This document shows, piece by piece, positions 1 to 8,493 of a DNA stretch of 39,311 nt (within the stretch, counting starts at the first letter, position 1; each line of letters starts with the position of its first letter). Below the pieces are notes generated by a model. The model worked only from the letters and a program-made list of their open reading frames with translations, ran no database searches and was not told where the DNA came from. Source of the stretch: a virus; UHGV virus genome UHGV-0361196; one strand, given 5' to 3'. Position numbers and translations under genes: made by a program.

Positions 1-274
1 CGAAACGTCAAAACCGCGGCTCCCGAAACTCAACGGGTGATGTTCTTTAAAAATCAGGATTTATTTCAGGCTCCGGCAATACGCATTTATGTGTTCTGTC
101 AGTCATCCGGCTGGCAGGTAATGAAAACGCAGGAACAGAAGGAGGAAAACACCGGAAAGCGTCAGATGCAGATATGAAAAAAAGCAGGTCAGGGACCTGC
201 TTAATCCACGCCGTAAGAATTGTGCGACCAATTTTGACGGCATTGTTAACCAATTTGTCATAAGGAATCCATTT

Positions 275-505
275 ATGACTGTAAGCATTGTTTCACCTTC
301 CGCAGCGGCTGTAAAGCCCCGCCGTCATCCCCGTTTCAGACGCGAAGACATCCCCGCGCCGGAACTTGACCCCGTGCTGAAAGCCTTCGGGCGACACATT
401 GCCCGGAGTTTTCGCCGGGGGCGTGGTGTACACATCCCCGCCATGAAAAACACGGCCTTCGGGCAGGTGCTCCGCACACTCGAACTGAAACGCGCTTTTA
501 ACTGA
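275..505 (+). CDS. hypothetical small basic protein (76 aa), flanking replicon
   Basis: ORF with AGGA about 10 nt upstream of the ATG; Arg-rich; no recognisable motif; weak call. Confidence 0.3.
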   Translation: MTVSIVSPSAAAVKPRRHPRFRREDIPAPELDPVLKAFGRHIARSFRRGRGVHIPAMKNTAFGQVLRTLELKRAFN

Positions 506-556
506 TGAGGTGAGCCGCCCCGCGAGGGGCGGCAACAGACGGAAGGAGAACATTTT

Positions 557-1918
557 ATGACATTAGCAGCAATCACCATGACCGCCCCGGAAGCCGCCAG
601 CCCTGTGCAGATGTACCGCGCGACCTACTCACCGGATGACAACAAACTGCGCCTGTATGCCGTGTCACGTCTTGACCCGGAGACGTATAAAAAAGTGCAT
701 GATGCCGGTTTCCGCTGGGCACCAAAACAGGCGCTGTTTGTCGCGCCAGCCTGGACACCGGGCCGGGAAGACGTGCTCCTCTCACTTGCCGGAGAGATTG
801 AGGATGAAGACAGCACGCTCGCTGAACGTCAGGAAGCACGGGCGGAGCGGTTTACCGGATACAGCGGAAAGCGGGCCAGTGAATCCGCACAGGCACTTGA
901 TGAAGTGGAAAGACTGGCCGCGATGATCCCGCCCGGTCAGCCCATTCTTGTGGGGCATCACAGCGAACGCCGCGCCCGTCGTGATGCGCAGCGTATTGAA
1001 AACGGCATGAAACGTGCCGTGATGCTCTTTGAACGTGCGGAATACTGGGAAGAACGTGCGCGGTCGGCACTGCTTCACGCGAAGTATAAAGAACGTCCGG
1101 ACGTTCGCTGGCGTCGTATCAAAAAAATCGAAGCTGATTTGCGCAAGGCTGAAAAGACCATCGCGCAGTCGCAGAAATATCTGACGATGTGGCGGGCTGA
1201 ATCGCTGGATCTGAATATGGCAAAACTCATCAGCAGTCATGACCATATCAGCGCCTGTTTCCCGCTGGATACGTATCCGCGCCCGGCAGAAAAAAGCCAG
1301 TATGAAGGAAGTCGATCGTTATGGTCGGCCCTGGATGATGACATCATCACCACGGAGCAGGCCCGCGAAATTGCGATCCGCTGTCATGAACGGCAGATTC
1401 AGCATCAACAACGCTGGGTTAACCACTATCAGAACCGCCTGATCTATGAGCGTGCCATGCTGGACGAAAGCGGCGGCGTGGTTACCCGGACACAGGATTT
1501 TGAGCCGGGCGGACAGGTTTTCAGCCGGGGCGAGTGGCTGACCATCATCCGCGTGAACAAAAGCAACGGGGCGGTGAGTTCAGTCACAACGCCGAATTAC
1601 AGTTTTCTCGGGTACAGCGGCACGATGAAAGTGACGCCCGATCGCATCACGGACTACAAAGCACCATCGGCAGAAGAGGCTGCCGTCGCCAGTCAGGCCG
1701 CGAAGCGTCCGCCGGTAGTCAACTATCCGGGGGAAGGTTTCCGGGAAATGACAAAGGCACAGTGGGCCGCCCTGCCCCGGGACTGTAAGGCCGTGCGCAG
1801 TGTGGCAGAGACAGAAGACCACGGGGCATACCGCTACCGCCGCACAATGGACAATAATTTCCGCCTGGTGAATGTGTATATCACCGACATGAAAATCACG
1901 GAAATCCCGCAGAAATAA
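557..1918 (+). CDS. hypothetical protein (453 aa), flanking replicon
   Basis: Long ORF with RBS GGAAGGAG 8 nt upstream of ATG 557; charged Arg/Glu-rich central region; no catalytic motif recognised; immediately upstream of the orphan methyltransferase. Confidence 0.7.
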   Translation: MTLAAITMTAPEAASPVQMYRATYSPDDNKLRLYAVSRLDPETYKKVHDAGFRWAPKQALFVAPAWTPGREDVLLSLAGEIEDEDSTLAERQEARAERFTGYSGKRASESAQALDEVERLAAMIPPGQPILVGHHSERRARRDAQRIENGMKRAVMLFERAEYWEERARSALLHAKYKERPDVRWRRIKKIEADLRKAEKTIAQSQKYLTMWRAESLDLNMAKLISSHDHISACFPLDTYPRPAEKSQYEGSRSLWSALDDDIITTEQAREIAIRCHERQIQHQQRWVNHYQNRLIYERAMLDESGGVVTRTQDFEPGGQVFSRGEWLTIIRVNKSNGAVSSVTTPNYSFLGYSGTMKVTPDRITDYKAPSAEEAAVASQAAKRPPVVNYPGEGFREMTKAQWAALPRDCKAVRSVAETEDHGAYRYRRTMDNNFRLVNVYITDMKITEIPQK

Positions 1919-1964
1919 GGTATATCCCCCCGGGAAATCCCCGGGGGATGACGGAGATAATGAT

Positions 1965-2528
1965 ATGCACAGTCAGTTAAAAGAACGTATCCGGCTGATG
2001 CGCGCAAGGCTGGATAACGCCGCGCCGGTTGCTGAAATCCGGGCTGAATCTCAGCTTTTTGTGACTCCTGCCCCGGTCTGTGATCGCCTGGTGATGCTGG
2101 CGGAGATCAGCAACCGTGATCACATTCTGGAACCCTCTGCCGGCACCGGGGCCATACTGCGGGCGATTCGTCATGTCGCGCCGGGGGCCATGTGTGATGC
2201 GGTGGAGATTAACAGCGGGCTGGTCCGGTATCTGCGGGATAATTTTAACGGTGTCAGGGTTCAGTGTGGCGACTTCATGGAATGGCAGCCGGTGCAGTAT
2301 TACAGCCGGGTTATCATGAATCCGCCGTTCAGCCACGGGCAGGATATCCGGCATATCCTGCGGGCCTTTTCCCTGTTGCGTCCGGGTGGCGTGCTGGTCG
2401 CCGTCTGTCTCAACGGACCACGCCAGCAGGAGAAGCTGTTACCGTTTTCTGACGTCCGCGAGGAGCTGCCGCGCGGCACGTTTGCTTATACCGATGTCCC
2501 GACGATGATTATTCGTCTGCGTGCCTGA
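1965..2528 (+). CDS. SAM-dependent DNA N6-adenine methyltransferase, orphan (no adjacent endonuclease)
   Basis: SAM-binding motif EPSAGTGA (aa 56-63) followed by catalytic NPPF (aa 119-122), the motif order of gamma-class amino-methyltransferases; RBS GGAG upstream. Confidence 0.7.
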   Translation: MHSQLKERIRLMRARLDNAAPVAEIRAESQLFVTPAPVCDRLVMLAEISNRDHILEPSAGTGAILRAIRHVAPGAMCDAVEINSGLVRYLRDNFNGVRVQCGDFMEWQPVQYYSRVIMNPPFSHGQDIRHILRAFSLLRPGGVLVAVCLNGPRQQEKLLPFSDVREELPRGTFAYTDVPTMIIRLRA

Positions 2529-2599
2529 TGACACAGGGCCGGCGGGAGGATAAATGCCTGTCTGCCCGCGCCGGGAAAAAACGCGCGCCGGTGGCGCTG

Positions 2600-2632
2600 A
2601 AAGGGGCCGCGCTCACGCGCCGCCCCTTTCAT
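2600..2632 (+). terminator. candidate intrinsic terminator downstream of methyltransferase gene
   Basis: 12-bp GC-rich stem (AAAGGGGCCGCGC / GCGCCGCCCCTTT, one mismatch) with loop TCAC, followed by TTTCATT. Confidence 0.45.
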
Positions 2633-2694
2633 TACGCGGACGTTCTGATGGGGGCTTCTGTTTCTTCATGCCTGTCATTTGTCTGTTACTTATA

Positions 2695-2870
2695 GAGAGG
2701 TAAATCATTTGATACTGCTGAAAAATCCGGGAGGAAAGTGGATCAAACGGGATTTGATGGGATAAAACAAACAGTTATGACGTAAAACAGTGTTATGCGC
2801 ACAACATGTGATTTGATACTACTGTCGCAAAGAAAGCTAAAAACGAAAAAATATTTGATACTACTGATTT
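2695..2870. repeat. left end (attL-like) with three putative transposase-binding repeats
   Basis: TTTGATAC at 2708..2715, 2812..2819 and 2854..2861 in the same orientation; L1 is about 100 bp from the adjacent L2/L3 pair, as in Mu attL; the reverse complement GTATCAAA recurs three times at the right end. Confidence 0.6.
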
Positions 2871-2895
2871 CTGCGATTTTAACGTTTTAAACAGG

Positions 2896-2932
2896 TTAAA
2901 AAACCAGCCGCGGGCTATTGGAATTAGCCCGC
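2896..2932 (-). terminator. candidate intrinsic terminator of repressor gene
   Basis: 8-bp stem GCGGGCTA / TAGCCCGC (2910..2917 / 2925..2932) with 7-nt loop; plus-strand A-run 2898..2903 gives a U-run after the hairpin on the minus strand; stem overlaps the stop codon. Confidence 0.4.
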
Positions 2933-3508
2933 CTTCGATTCTAAACTACTTGAGAGTTTATCGCTTTCAATTTCTGCCAAAATCTCTCTAACTCTTTCAT
3001 CCGATAAATGATCTAAAAGTAGAGCTGCTGCACGTTTTCGTCCTTCAAGTTGGATTAGTTCTTGATTCTCTGGTTCAAGTAACCGTGACAAGTACTTAGC
3101 TCCATTTAGCGCGAGGATTTTTGATAATCGCTCTGCCTCTGATGCTTCTAAAGCACTTAGTATAGCAAGAAGGCGCTGTAGCGTTATATCTAGGGGCAAT
3201 TGGACGTTTTCATCTATTTTAGGTGATATTGGTTCTATATCCTCCTTGCCAAAAACAAGCCAATCAATGCTCACCCCTTCTGCAAAAGCAATCTGACTAG
3301 CTACTTGTAGAGATGGTGTCGCATCTTTCTCAAAGTAGTTGTTAAGTGTTGAGAACGGTAGCCCCCACGCCTTCGCCACGGCAGTCTTGGAGCGCCCGCG
3401 CATTAGCATGGCTAGGCGCTCTTTAATGCTTTCTTTTTGAAACACAGGAAAAGAAAAATCACTTTCTTTTTCAGTGCTTCTTTCTTTTCTGTTAACCATA
3501 TGATTCAT
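2924..3508 (-). CDS. prophage repressor with XRE/lambda-cI-like HTH (Mu c functional equivalent)
   Basis: Only minus-strand gene in the prophage, divergent from ner as in Mu; HTH-like segment SKTAVAKAWGLPFSTLNNY followed by GVSIDWLVFG; start ambiguous (ATG 3508 or 3499 preferred over the GTG at 3559 that gives the 211-aa track ORF). Confidence 0.7.
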   Translation of the reverse strand: MNHMVNRKERSTEKESDFSFPVFQKESIKERLAMLMRGRSKTAVAKAWGLPFSTLNNYFEKDATPSLQVASQIAFAEGVSIDWLVFGKEDIEPISPKIDENVQLPLDITLQRLLAILSALEASEAERLSKILALNGAKYLSRLLEPENQELIQLEGRKRAAALLLDHLSDERVREILAEIESDKLSSSLESKAG

Positions 3509-3648
3509 AAAGAAATATCCTTTTGTAGATAAAAACCACCAAAGAAAGAGATAAAACACCTTTACTTTTCTTTTGTAGTGATCAAATATTTATCTGTAGA
3601 GATTATCCGGCGGTGTTATCCGCGCAGATAACTTTTAAGGATAAACGA
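3509..3648. promoter_or_regulatory. divergent early/repressor promoter-operator region
   Basis: Intergenic between divergent repressor and ner; repeated CTTTTGTAG-like motifs (about 3514..3530 and 3569..3585; variant TATCTGTAGAG about 3591..3601) and near-palindrome GTTATC-CGCGCA-GATAAC at 3615..3632; lies about 0.8-0.95 kb from the left end, where Mu has its operators and transposition enhancer. Confidence 0.5.
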
Positions 3649-3885
3649 ATGATGTCTATAAATGAAGTTGTTAAACAGGACTGGCACCCCGCGCATGTTG
3701 TCGCGGCGGTGCATGTAAAAGGTTTTACTTTACGCTCTCTGTCCATTGAAGCCGGTTTAAACCAGGATTCTTTAAAGAATGCCCTGTACCGCAAATGCCC
3801 AAAATATGAGCGCATTATTGCTGATGCTATTGGTGTTGCGCCGGAGGAGATCTGGCCCAGCCGTTACGCTCGTAAGGTGGCATAA
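3649..3885 (+). CDS. ner: Ner-like DNA-binding early regulator (Ner/Nlp family)
   Basis: C-terminal region ...ADAIGVAPEEIWPSRY resembles the Ner/Nlp family signature; RBS AGGA 9 nt upstream of ATG 3649; the track ORF from 3613 is probably a 5' over-extension. Confidence 0.8.
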   Translation: MMSINEVVKQDWHPAHVVAAVHVKGFTLRSLSIEAGLNQDSLKNALYRKCPKYERIIADAIGVAPEEIWPSRYARKVA

Positions 3886-3887
3886 AA

Positions 3888-5975
3888 ATGTTTGTATCAG
3901 TTAATGAGCTTGTAGGGTTACCAGGTATGCCGGGAACTGCGCAAGGGGTGCGGTATTCCATAAGGAAACTGGCCTCATCTGAGCATTTCAGGCGCAAACG
4001 TGCGGGTTCAAAAACCATTGAATACAGCATCGACTGCCTCCCTCCGGTTACACAACGGGCGTTACGTGAGCGACATGTAGCTCAACTGATGGCAAGCGCC
4101 CCGCGGGAGATAACTACCCAGCCTCCTGTAAAGCGTGAACGCAAACAAAATGTTGTACAGCCTGTTGAGGCATATCGCGGTTCGCCACAATTGGTAGAAG
4201 AGCGTCTGAATGCGCTTACGGAAAATCAACGTAAAGTTGCAGAAGCGCGCATTGCTCTTGTCTGTGAAGTTCTACGAATTAGCCAGGAGCCGGGATTCAG
4301 TTGTGCCAGCGCTATACGTTTTATTGTGTCGCGGTTAGCGCAGGGTAACCTGGAAGAACGCCTGGAATCTTTGGTCATTACTGCTAATGCCCGTAAAGGA
4401 AAAGAGCGAACTCTGAGCGCAATTACGCTCAAACGTTGGATAGCTGCGTTTAACAAAGCACAGAATGCCGCAGAACGACTGCTGTTACTGGCACCAGGAA
4501 AGCGCGACGAAATAAAACCGGAAGAAATTAGCTGGCTGCCTGAATTTCTGGCGCAGTATCGTCAGGCTAACGGCAGGCCTATGTCTGAAGCCTATGAGGA
4601 TTTTGTCGCTGATTGGCAGCGTCGCCATGCGGACGAACCATACATGCTGGAGGTGATGCCTTCCTATGATGTTGTCCGGTATGCCATGAAAAAACTGCCG
4701 GAAGTGGTGAAACAAAAAGGGCGCGTTACCGGCAGTGAATACCGTCAGCTTGAAGGATTCACCCGCCGCGACTGGACAGCTATGCCGGTGAATTATGTCT
4801 GGATTGGTGACGGTCACGGTATGAAGCTGAAATGTGCACATCCGATCCACGGGCGTCCATTCTCACCGGAAGTTACATTTGTGATCGACGGTGGAACCCG
4901 GTTTGTTGTTGGCTGGAGTCTTGACCTTGCCGAGAACGTGTTCGCCGTTGCCGGTGCGATACAGCACGGCATTCGCAACCACGGAAAACCGTTTCTGTAT
5001 TACTCGGATAATGGTTCTGGTGAAACGGCTGACATACTGGACAAAGAGGTCGTGGGTATTCTGCCCCGCCTGGGGATTAAACACCCTACCGGTATTGCCG
5101 GTAATCCACAGGGGCGCGGCATTATTGAACGCCTGAACCGGACACTGCCGATGCGTATAGCCAGGAGGTATCGCACCTATTTTGGCAAGGGTGCTGACCG
5201 GGAATCGTTGCGTGTACTTAACCGTGATCTGCGTTCAGCGTTTAACGCCATGCAACAGGACAAGCCTCTGAACGACCGCCAGAAAGCTGCAATGCGCGAG
5301 CTACCATCGTGGGCGGAGCTTATTGAGGCTATTCGTGAAGGCGTGGAATGGTACAACAACCGCCCGCATTCTGAGCTGCCAATGAAACCGAACGGGCGGC
5401 ATTACAGCCCGGCAGAGTTCAGAAAAAAACGCCTGGCAGAAGAAGACACCGAAATTGAGTGGCTGAGTGATCTTGAGCTGCGCGACATGTTCCGCCCGAT
5501 GGTGGAACGCCCGGTAAGACGGTGCGAAATTCAGTGGCTGAACAATATTTACTACGCGCCGGAGTTGCGTGACGAACACGGTCGCAAAGTACTTATCAGT
5601 TATGACATTCATGACGCCGAGCGAATTACGGTACGTCGCAAGGACGGCAGCTTTATCTGTGAGGCGATATGGAACGGCAATAAACGCACAGCCTTTGCTG
5701 TCAGTGCTGAATATCACAAACAACAGCAGCGTATTAAAGGAATGCGCAAACGTGCTGAGGAAAAAATTCGTGATGCTGAGGATGAAGGCATTCAGATACT
5801 GGAGCACAAACAGGCTGAACCCTGGCTGGATAATGTTTATCGCCCGGTTGGCAATACGGTAACCATCCAGCAACAGGATTATGAGGAGGATTACGACGAA
5901 GATTATGAACGCGATTTCAGGCTGGGTTTGCAGAAGCTTGTAGCCATACAGGAACAGGATGATCCGCTGGCCTGA
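3888..5975 (+). CDS. DDE transposase, MuA family (divergent from Mu A)
   Basis: 695 aa; N-terminal enhancer-binding-like domain (VNELVGLPGMPGT...KTIEY) and candidate DDE residues in IGDGHG, YYSDNGSG and GIIERLNRTL, aligned by eye to Mu A catalytic core; acidic C-terminus; RBS AAGGTGG. Confidence 0.9.
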   Translation: MFVSVNELVGLPGMPGTAQGVRYSIRKLASSEHFRRKRAGSKTIEYSIDCLPPVTQRALRERHVAQLMASAPREITTQPPVKRERKQNVVQPVEAYRGSPQLVEERLNALTENQRKVAEARIALVCEVLRISQEPGFSCASAIRFIVSRLAQGNLEERLESLVITANARKGKERTLSAITLKRWIAAFNKAQNAAERLLLLAPGKRDEIKPEEISWLPEFLAQYRQANGRPMSEAYEDFVADWQRRHADEPYMLEVMPSYDVVRYAMKKLPEVVKQKGRVTGSEYRQLEGFTRRDWTAMPVNYVWIGDGHGMKLKCAHPIHGRPFSPEVTFVIDGGTRFVVGWSLDLAENVFAVAGAIQHGIRNHGKPFLYYSDNGSGETADILDKEVVGILPRLGIKHPTGIAGNPQGRGIIERLNRTLPMRIARRYRTYFGKGADRESLRVLNRDLRSAFNAMQQDKPLNDRQKAAMRELPSWAELIEAIREGVEWYNNRPHSELPMKPNGRHYSPAEFRKKRLAEEDTEIEWLSDLELRDMFRPMVERPVRRCEIQWLNNIYYAPELRDEHGRKVLISYDIHDAERITVRRKDGSFICEAIWNGNKRTAFAVSAEYHKQQQRIKGMRKRAEEKIRDAEDEGIQILEHKQAEPWLDNVYRPVGNTVTIQQQDYEEDYDEDYERDFRLGLQKLVAIQEQDDPLA

Positions 5976-5982
5976 ATAAAAA

Positions 5983-6006
5983 AACAGTCCGCGGGAACGG
6001 ACTGTT
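5983..6006 (-). terminator. hairpin between A and B, terminator-like on the minus strand
   Basis: 9-bp stem AACAGTCCG / CGGACTGTT with 6-nt loop; a run of 7 A precedes it on the plus strand (U-run after the hairpin on the minus strand); no T-run after it on the plus strand. Confidence 0.35.
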
Positions 6007-6048
6007 AAACGAAGGAAACAAAGCTGATTTGAATAAACGGAGAATAAT

Positions 6049-6981
6049 ATGACCGATATTAATGATGTTTTCAACACGATTAACACACTTATTACTGACG
6101 GCGTAAAAACACAAAGCGCTATTGCTAAAGAAGCGGGGGTGTCGGAGGCCACTCTTTCTGAACTTCGCAAAGGCCGTTACAAAGGTGATACCGAAGGGAT
6201 GCATGACAAATTACTGATGTGGCATCAGAGCTGGCAAAAAAGTCTGGAGTTACCTGGCGCACCACAACTTGTGGAAACACAAACCCTCCGTGATTTGCGC
6301 GAGCTGTTTCAGACCGTGCGTGTTATGGGCTGTATCAGCGTTCTGGTTGGTGTGCCGGGTGTTGGTAAAACCGTTGCGGCCCGTGAATACAGTAACCGTG
6401 TATCTAATACCTGGATGGTGACCCTTTCCCCTGCACACTCAACAGTGACTGAGTGTCTGCTGGAGCTGGCAGACGCGCTGGGAATTGATAATCCGCAAAG
6501 AAATAAAGGCGCATTGACCCGCGCCATTCGCAAAAAACTGAATGGCACACGCGGTCTGGTTATTGTGGATGAAGCTGACCACCTGAGCATGGACGGGCTG
6601 GAGCAGTTACGCGCCATTCAGGATGCAACCGGCGTCGGGATGGTATTGATTGGCAACCCACACCAGTTAGCCAAAGCCACACACCGGGGAACAGATGACC
6701 TTGCACGTTTGTTCAGTCGTTTCGCCAGAACAAAGCAACTACGTAAAGCCAAAAAGGCTGACGTGGTGGCAATTGCGAAAGCCTGGGGCATTGAGGGCGA
6801 AGATGAATTATCACTCATGCAGAGCATCGCGGAAAAACCAGGTGCATTACGTGTATTAACTCATACGCTGAATCAGGCGTGGCTGGCTGCCAGCGGGAAA
6901 GGCGTTCCTCTATCCAAAGGCTACATTAAAGCAGCTTTTAAAGAGGTTTACAGCAACCCGAAATTACTGAACTGGTGGTAA
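6049..6981 (+). CDS. MuB-like AAA+ ATPase transposition target-capture protein
   Basis: 310 aa; Walker A GVPGVGKT and Walker B VIVDEADH; N-terminal HTH-like region; directly after transposase gene as in Mu; RBS GGAGA. Confidence 0.9.
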   Translation: MTDINDVFNTINTLITDGVKTQSAIAKEAGVSEATLSELRKGRYKGDTEGMHDKLLMWHQSWQKSLELPGAPQLVETQTLRDLRELFQTVRVMGCISVLVGVPGVGKTVAAREYSNRVSNTWMVTLSPAHSTVTECLLELADALGIDNPQRNKGALTRAIRKKLNGTRGLVIVDEADHLSMDGLEQLRAIQDATGVGMVLIGNPHQLAKATHRGTDDLARLFSRFARTKQLRKAKKADVVAIAKAWGIEGEDELSLMQSIAEKPGALRVLTHTLNQAWLAASGKGVPLSKGYIKAAFKEVYSNPKLLNWW

Positions 6982-6992
6982 GGGGATAAATA

Positions 6993-7220
6993 ATGATGTC
7001 ACGAAATATAAAAATGGCAACGGATGCGCAGAACTGGTTACAGGCGCGCGGGAGTCATGTAAATGAATCATATCTCGGCGTGGCGCGTCCGATTCTTGAA
7101 ATCACTTACCCACCGGTGGAACTGGTAAAAAACGCGGTCAGAATTATGGAGCATAAGTCCGGGGTGGCCCGTTCTGTATGGACGGCCCGTCTTAATGGTT
7201 GCCAGATTATCTGGAGATAA
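6993..7220 (+). CDS. hypothetical early protein (75 aa), positional equivalent of Mu kil
   Basis: First ORF after B; function not established from sequence. Confidence 0.5.
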   Translation: MMSRNIKMATDAQNWLQARGSHVNESYLGVARPILEITYPPVELVKNAVRIMEHKSGVARSVWTARLNGCQIIWR

Positions 7221-7222
7221 CG

Positions 7223-7444
7223 ATGTGTATTAAAGCTGAAAAATATATTGAATGGGTTAAACACTGTCAGTGCCACGGGGTGCCGCTGACGACATATAAA
7301 TGCCCAGGATGCGGTGAACAGATTATGACGCAATGCTCACCCGAAAAGGAAATTCGGGATTCCCTGACATGTTGTCCGTGGTGCAGCGCAGTTTTCTTTA
7401 AGCAGGTAAAAGGCGCGAAGGTAAAAGCCAGCGCAGTTATTTAG
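7223..7444 (+). CDS. small zinc-ribbon protein (about 73 aa)
   Basis: Cys pairs CQCHG, CPGCG and CCPWC; RBS GGAGA about 10 nt upstream of ATG 7223; the track ORF from 7199 is an in-frame 5' extension. Confidence 0.5.
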   Translation: MCIKAEKYIEWVKHCQCHGVPLTTYKCPGCGEQIMTQCSPEKEIRDSLTCCPWCSAVFFKQVKGAKVKASAVI

Positions 7445-7464
7445 AATCAATAAGGAGAAGAAAA

Positions 7465-7734
7465 ATGGCAAAGGTTATCTTTGAGTTTACATGGCTGGAA
7501 AGTAGTGACAGTTGCAATGGGCGCAGAGAAGTTCTGGATGCAAAAGCATGTCTTGCAGATATCTCGCCAACGGAAAATACCGGGCCTCATGATTTACTGG
7601 CAAATATAGTCCTGACTATGGCTCCTGAAATTATTAAAAAGGCCAAAGATGAGATGCTGACCACTATGAAGAAAGTGGGTATGGAAGCTGAATGTGATTT
7701 AGTACCACGTCCGGTGAATGTGGTTAAACATTAA
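7465..7734 (+). CDS. hypothetical early protein (89 aa)
   Basis: Strong RBS AAGGAGAAG upstream of ATG; no motif recognised. Confidence 0.55.
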   Translation: MAKVIFEFTWLESSDSCNGRREVLDAKACLADISPTENTGPHDLLANIVLTMAPEIIKKAKDEMLTTMKKVGMEAECDLVPRPVNVVKH

Positions 7735-7754
7735 TTCGCAAAGGAACGCTGACA

Positions 7755-8174
7755 ATGAACGTCAAAATCCGAAATGAAATTCAGGCATTAATTCGAATTA
7801 AAATGCGTAATAACAATCCAGGAGAATTACGCGAGTTTATTTTCACCCGCAAAGTTTATGAGCATGGTGAAACTACTTATCTGATTACATTTGACCATTA
7901 CAGCATTTGTGCGCGTTATTGTGGCGAAAACATCTCTAATGCCATCACGTTTGGCGGTGCGTTTAACGAGGATTTATGGGAATACGTCATGGACCGCGAA
8001 TACATCTGCGCATCAGACCCTGAAGCCCGTGAAATGTGGCAGCGTATCTGGCGCGATTACCGGTTAATGGCAAAAGGCTGGGCGCGCTGCTGTTATTCCT
8101 CGCTTGCCCTGAAAGCGGTTCAGTTATCGCTGCGGCATATTCCGGCATCACTGCACGAGCCTCTGCTGTACTGA
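7755..8174 (+). CDS. hypothetical early protein (139 aa)
   Basis: RBS AAGGAA upstream of ATG; no motif recognised. Confidence 0.55.
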   Translation: MNVKIRNEIQALIRIKMRNNNPGELREFIFTRKVYEHGETTYLITFDHYSICARYCGENISNAITFGGAFNEDLWEYVMDREYICASDPEAREMWQRIWRDYRLMAKGWARCCYSSLALKAVQLSLRHIPASLHEPLLY

Positions 8175-8474
8175 ATGGTGACTGACATGAAGTGTAATCG
8201 TAAGCGCTGGTCACGCGAAGACCGGGAATTTATCGAAGCCAGCGTCGGGAAAATGACCATTGAAGAAATGGCGGAAAAACTGAACGTTGCCACAACCGCC
8301 CTCCGGGCACATGCCAGAAGGCACGGAATATCGTTGTGTGCATACCGGGTCAGTGAGCACGACAAATATTTGTGTCGTGAACTTTATAAAGAAGGACTGG
8401 ATATTCATGTCATTGCCCGAAAGATGGAATTAAGCAATCGAGCTGTATCCAGCATTGTATACAGCGGATATTAA
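8175..8474 (+). CDS. hypothetical early protein with HTH-like segments (99 aa)
   Basis: Two helix-turn-helix-like stretches (TIEEMAEKLNVATTALRAHARRHGI and LDIHVIARKMELSNRAVSSIV); start could instead be ATG 8187. Confidence 0.5.
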   Translation: MVTDMKCNRKRWSREDREFIEASVGKMTIEEMAEKLNVATTALRAHARRHGISLCAYRVSEHDKYLCRELYKEGLDIHVIARKMELSNRAVSSIVYSGY

Positions 8475-8493
8475 TTAACAGGAGCTTTAATTT

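Noticed and set aside
47-288. Minus-strand ORFs 47..253 and 103..288 at the left window edge
   Set aside because: Overlapping each other, no convincing RBS or motif, truncated context. Not called as genes.
2695-2870. Short repeats at the element ends as a possible CRISPR array
   Set aside because: Only three copies per end, irregular spacing (104 and 42 bp on the left), inverted between ends, and no cas genes. They are transposon-end binding sites.
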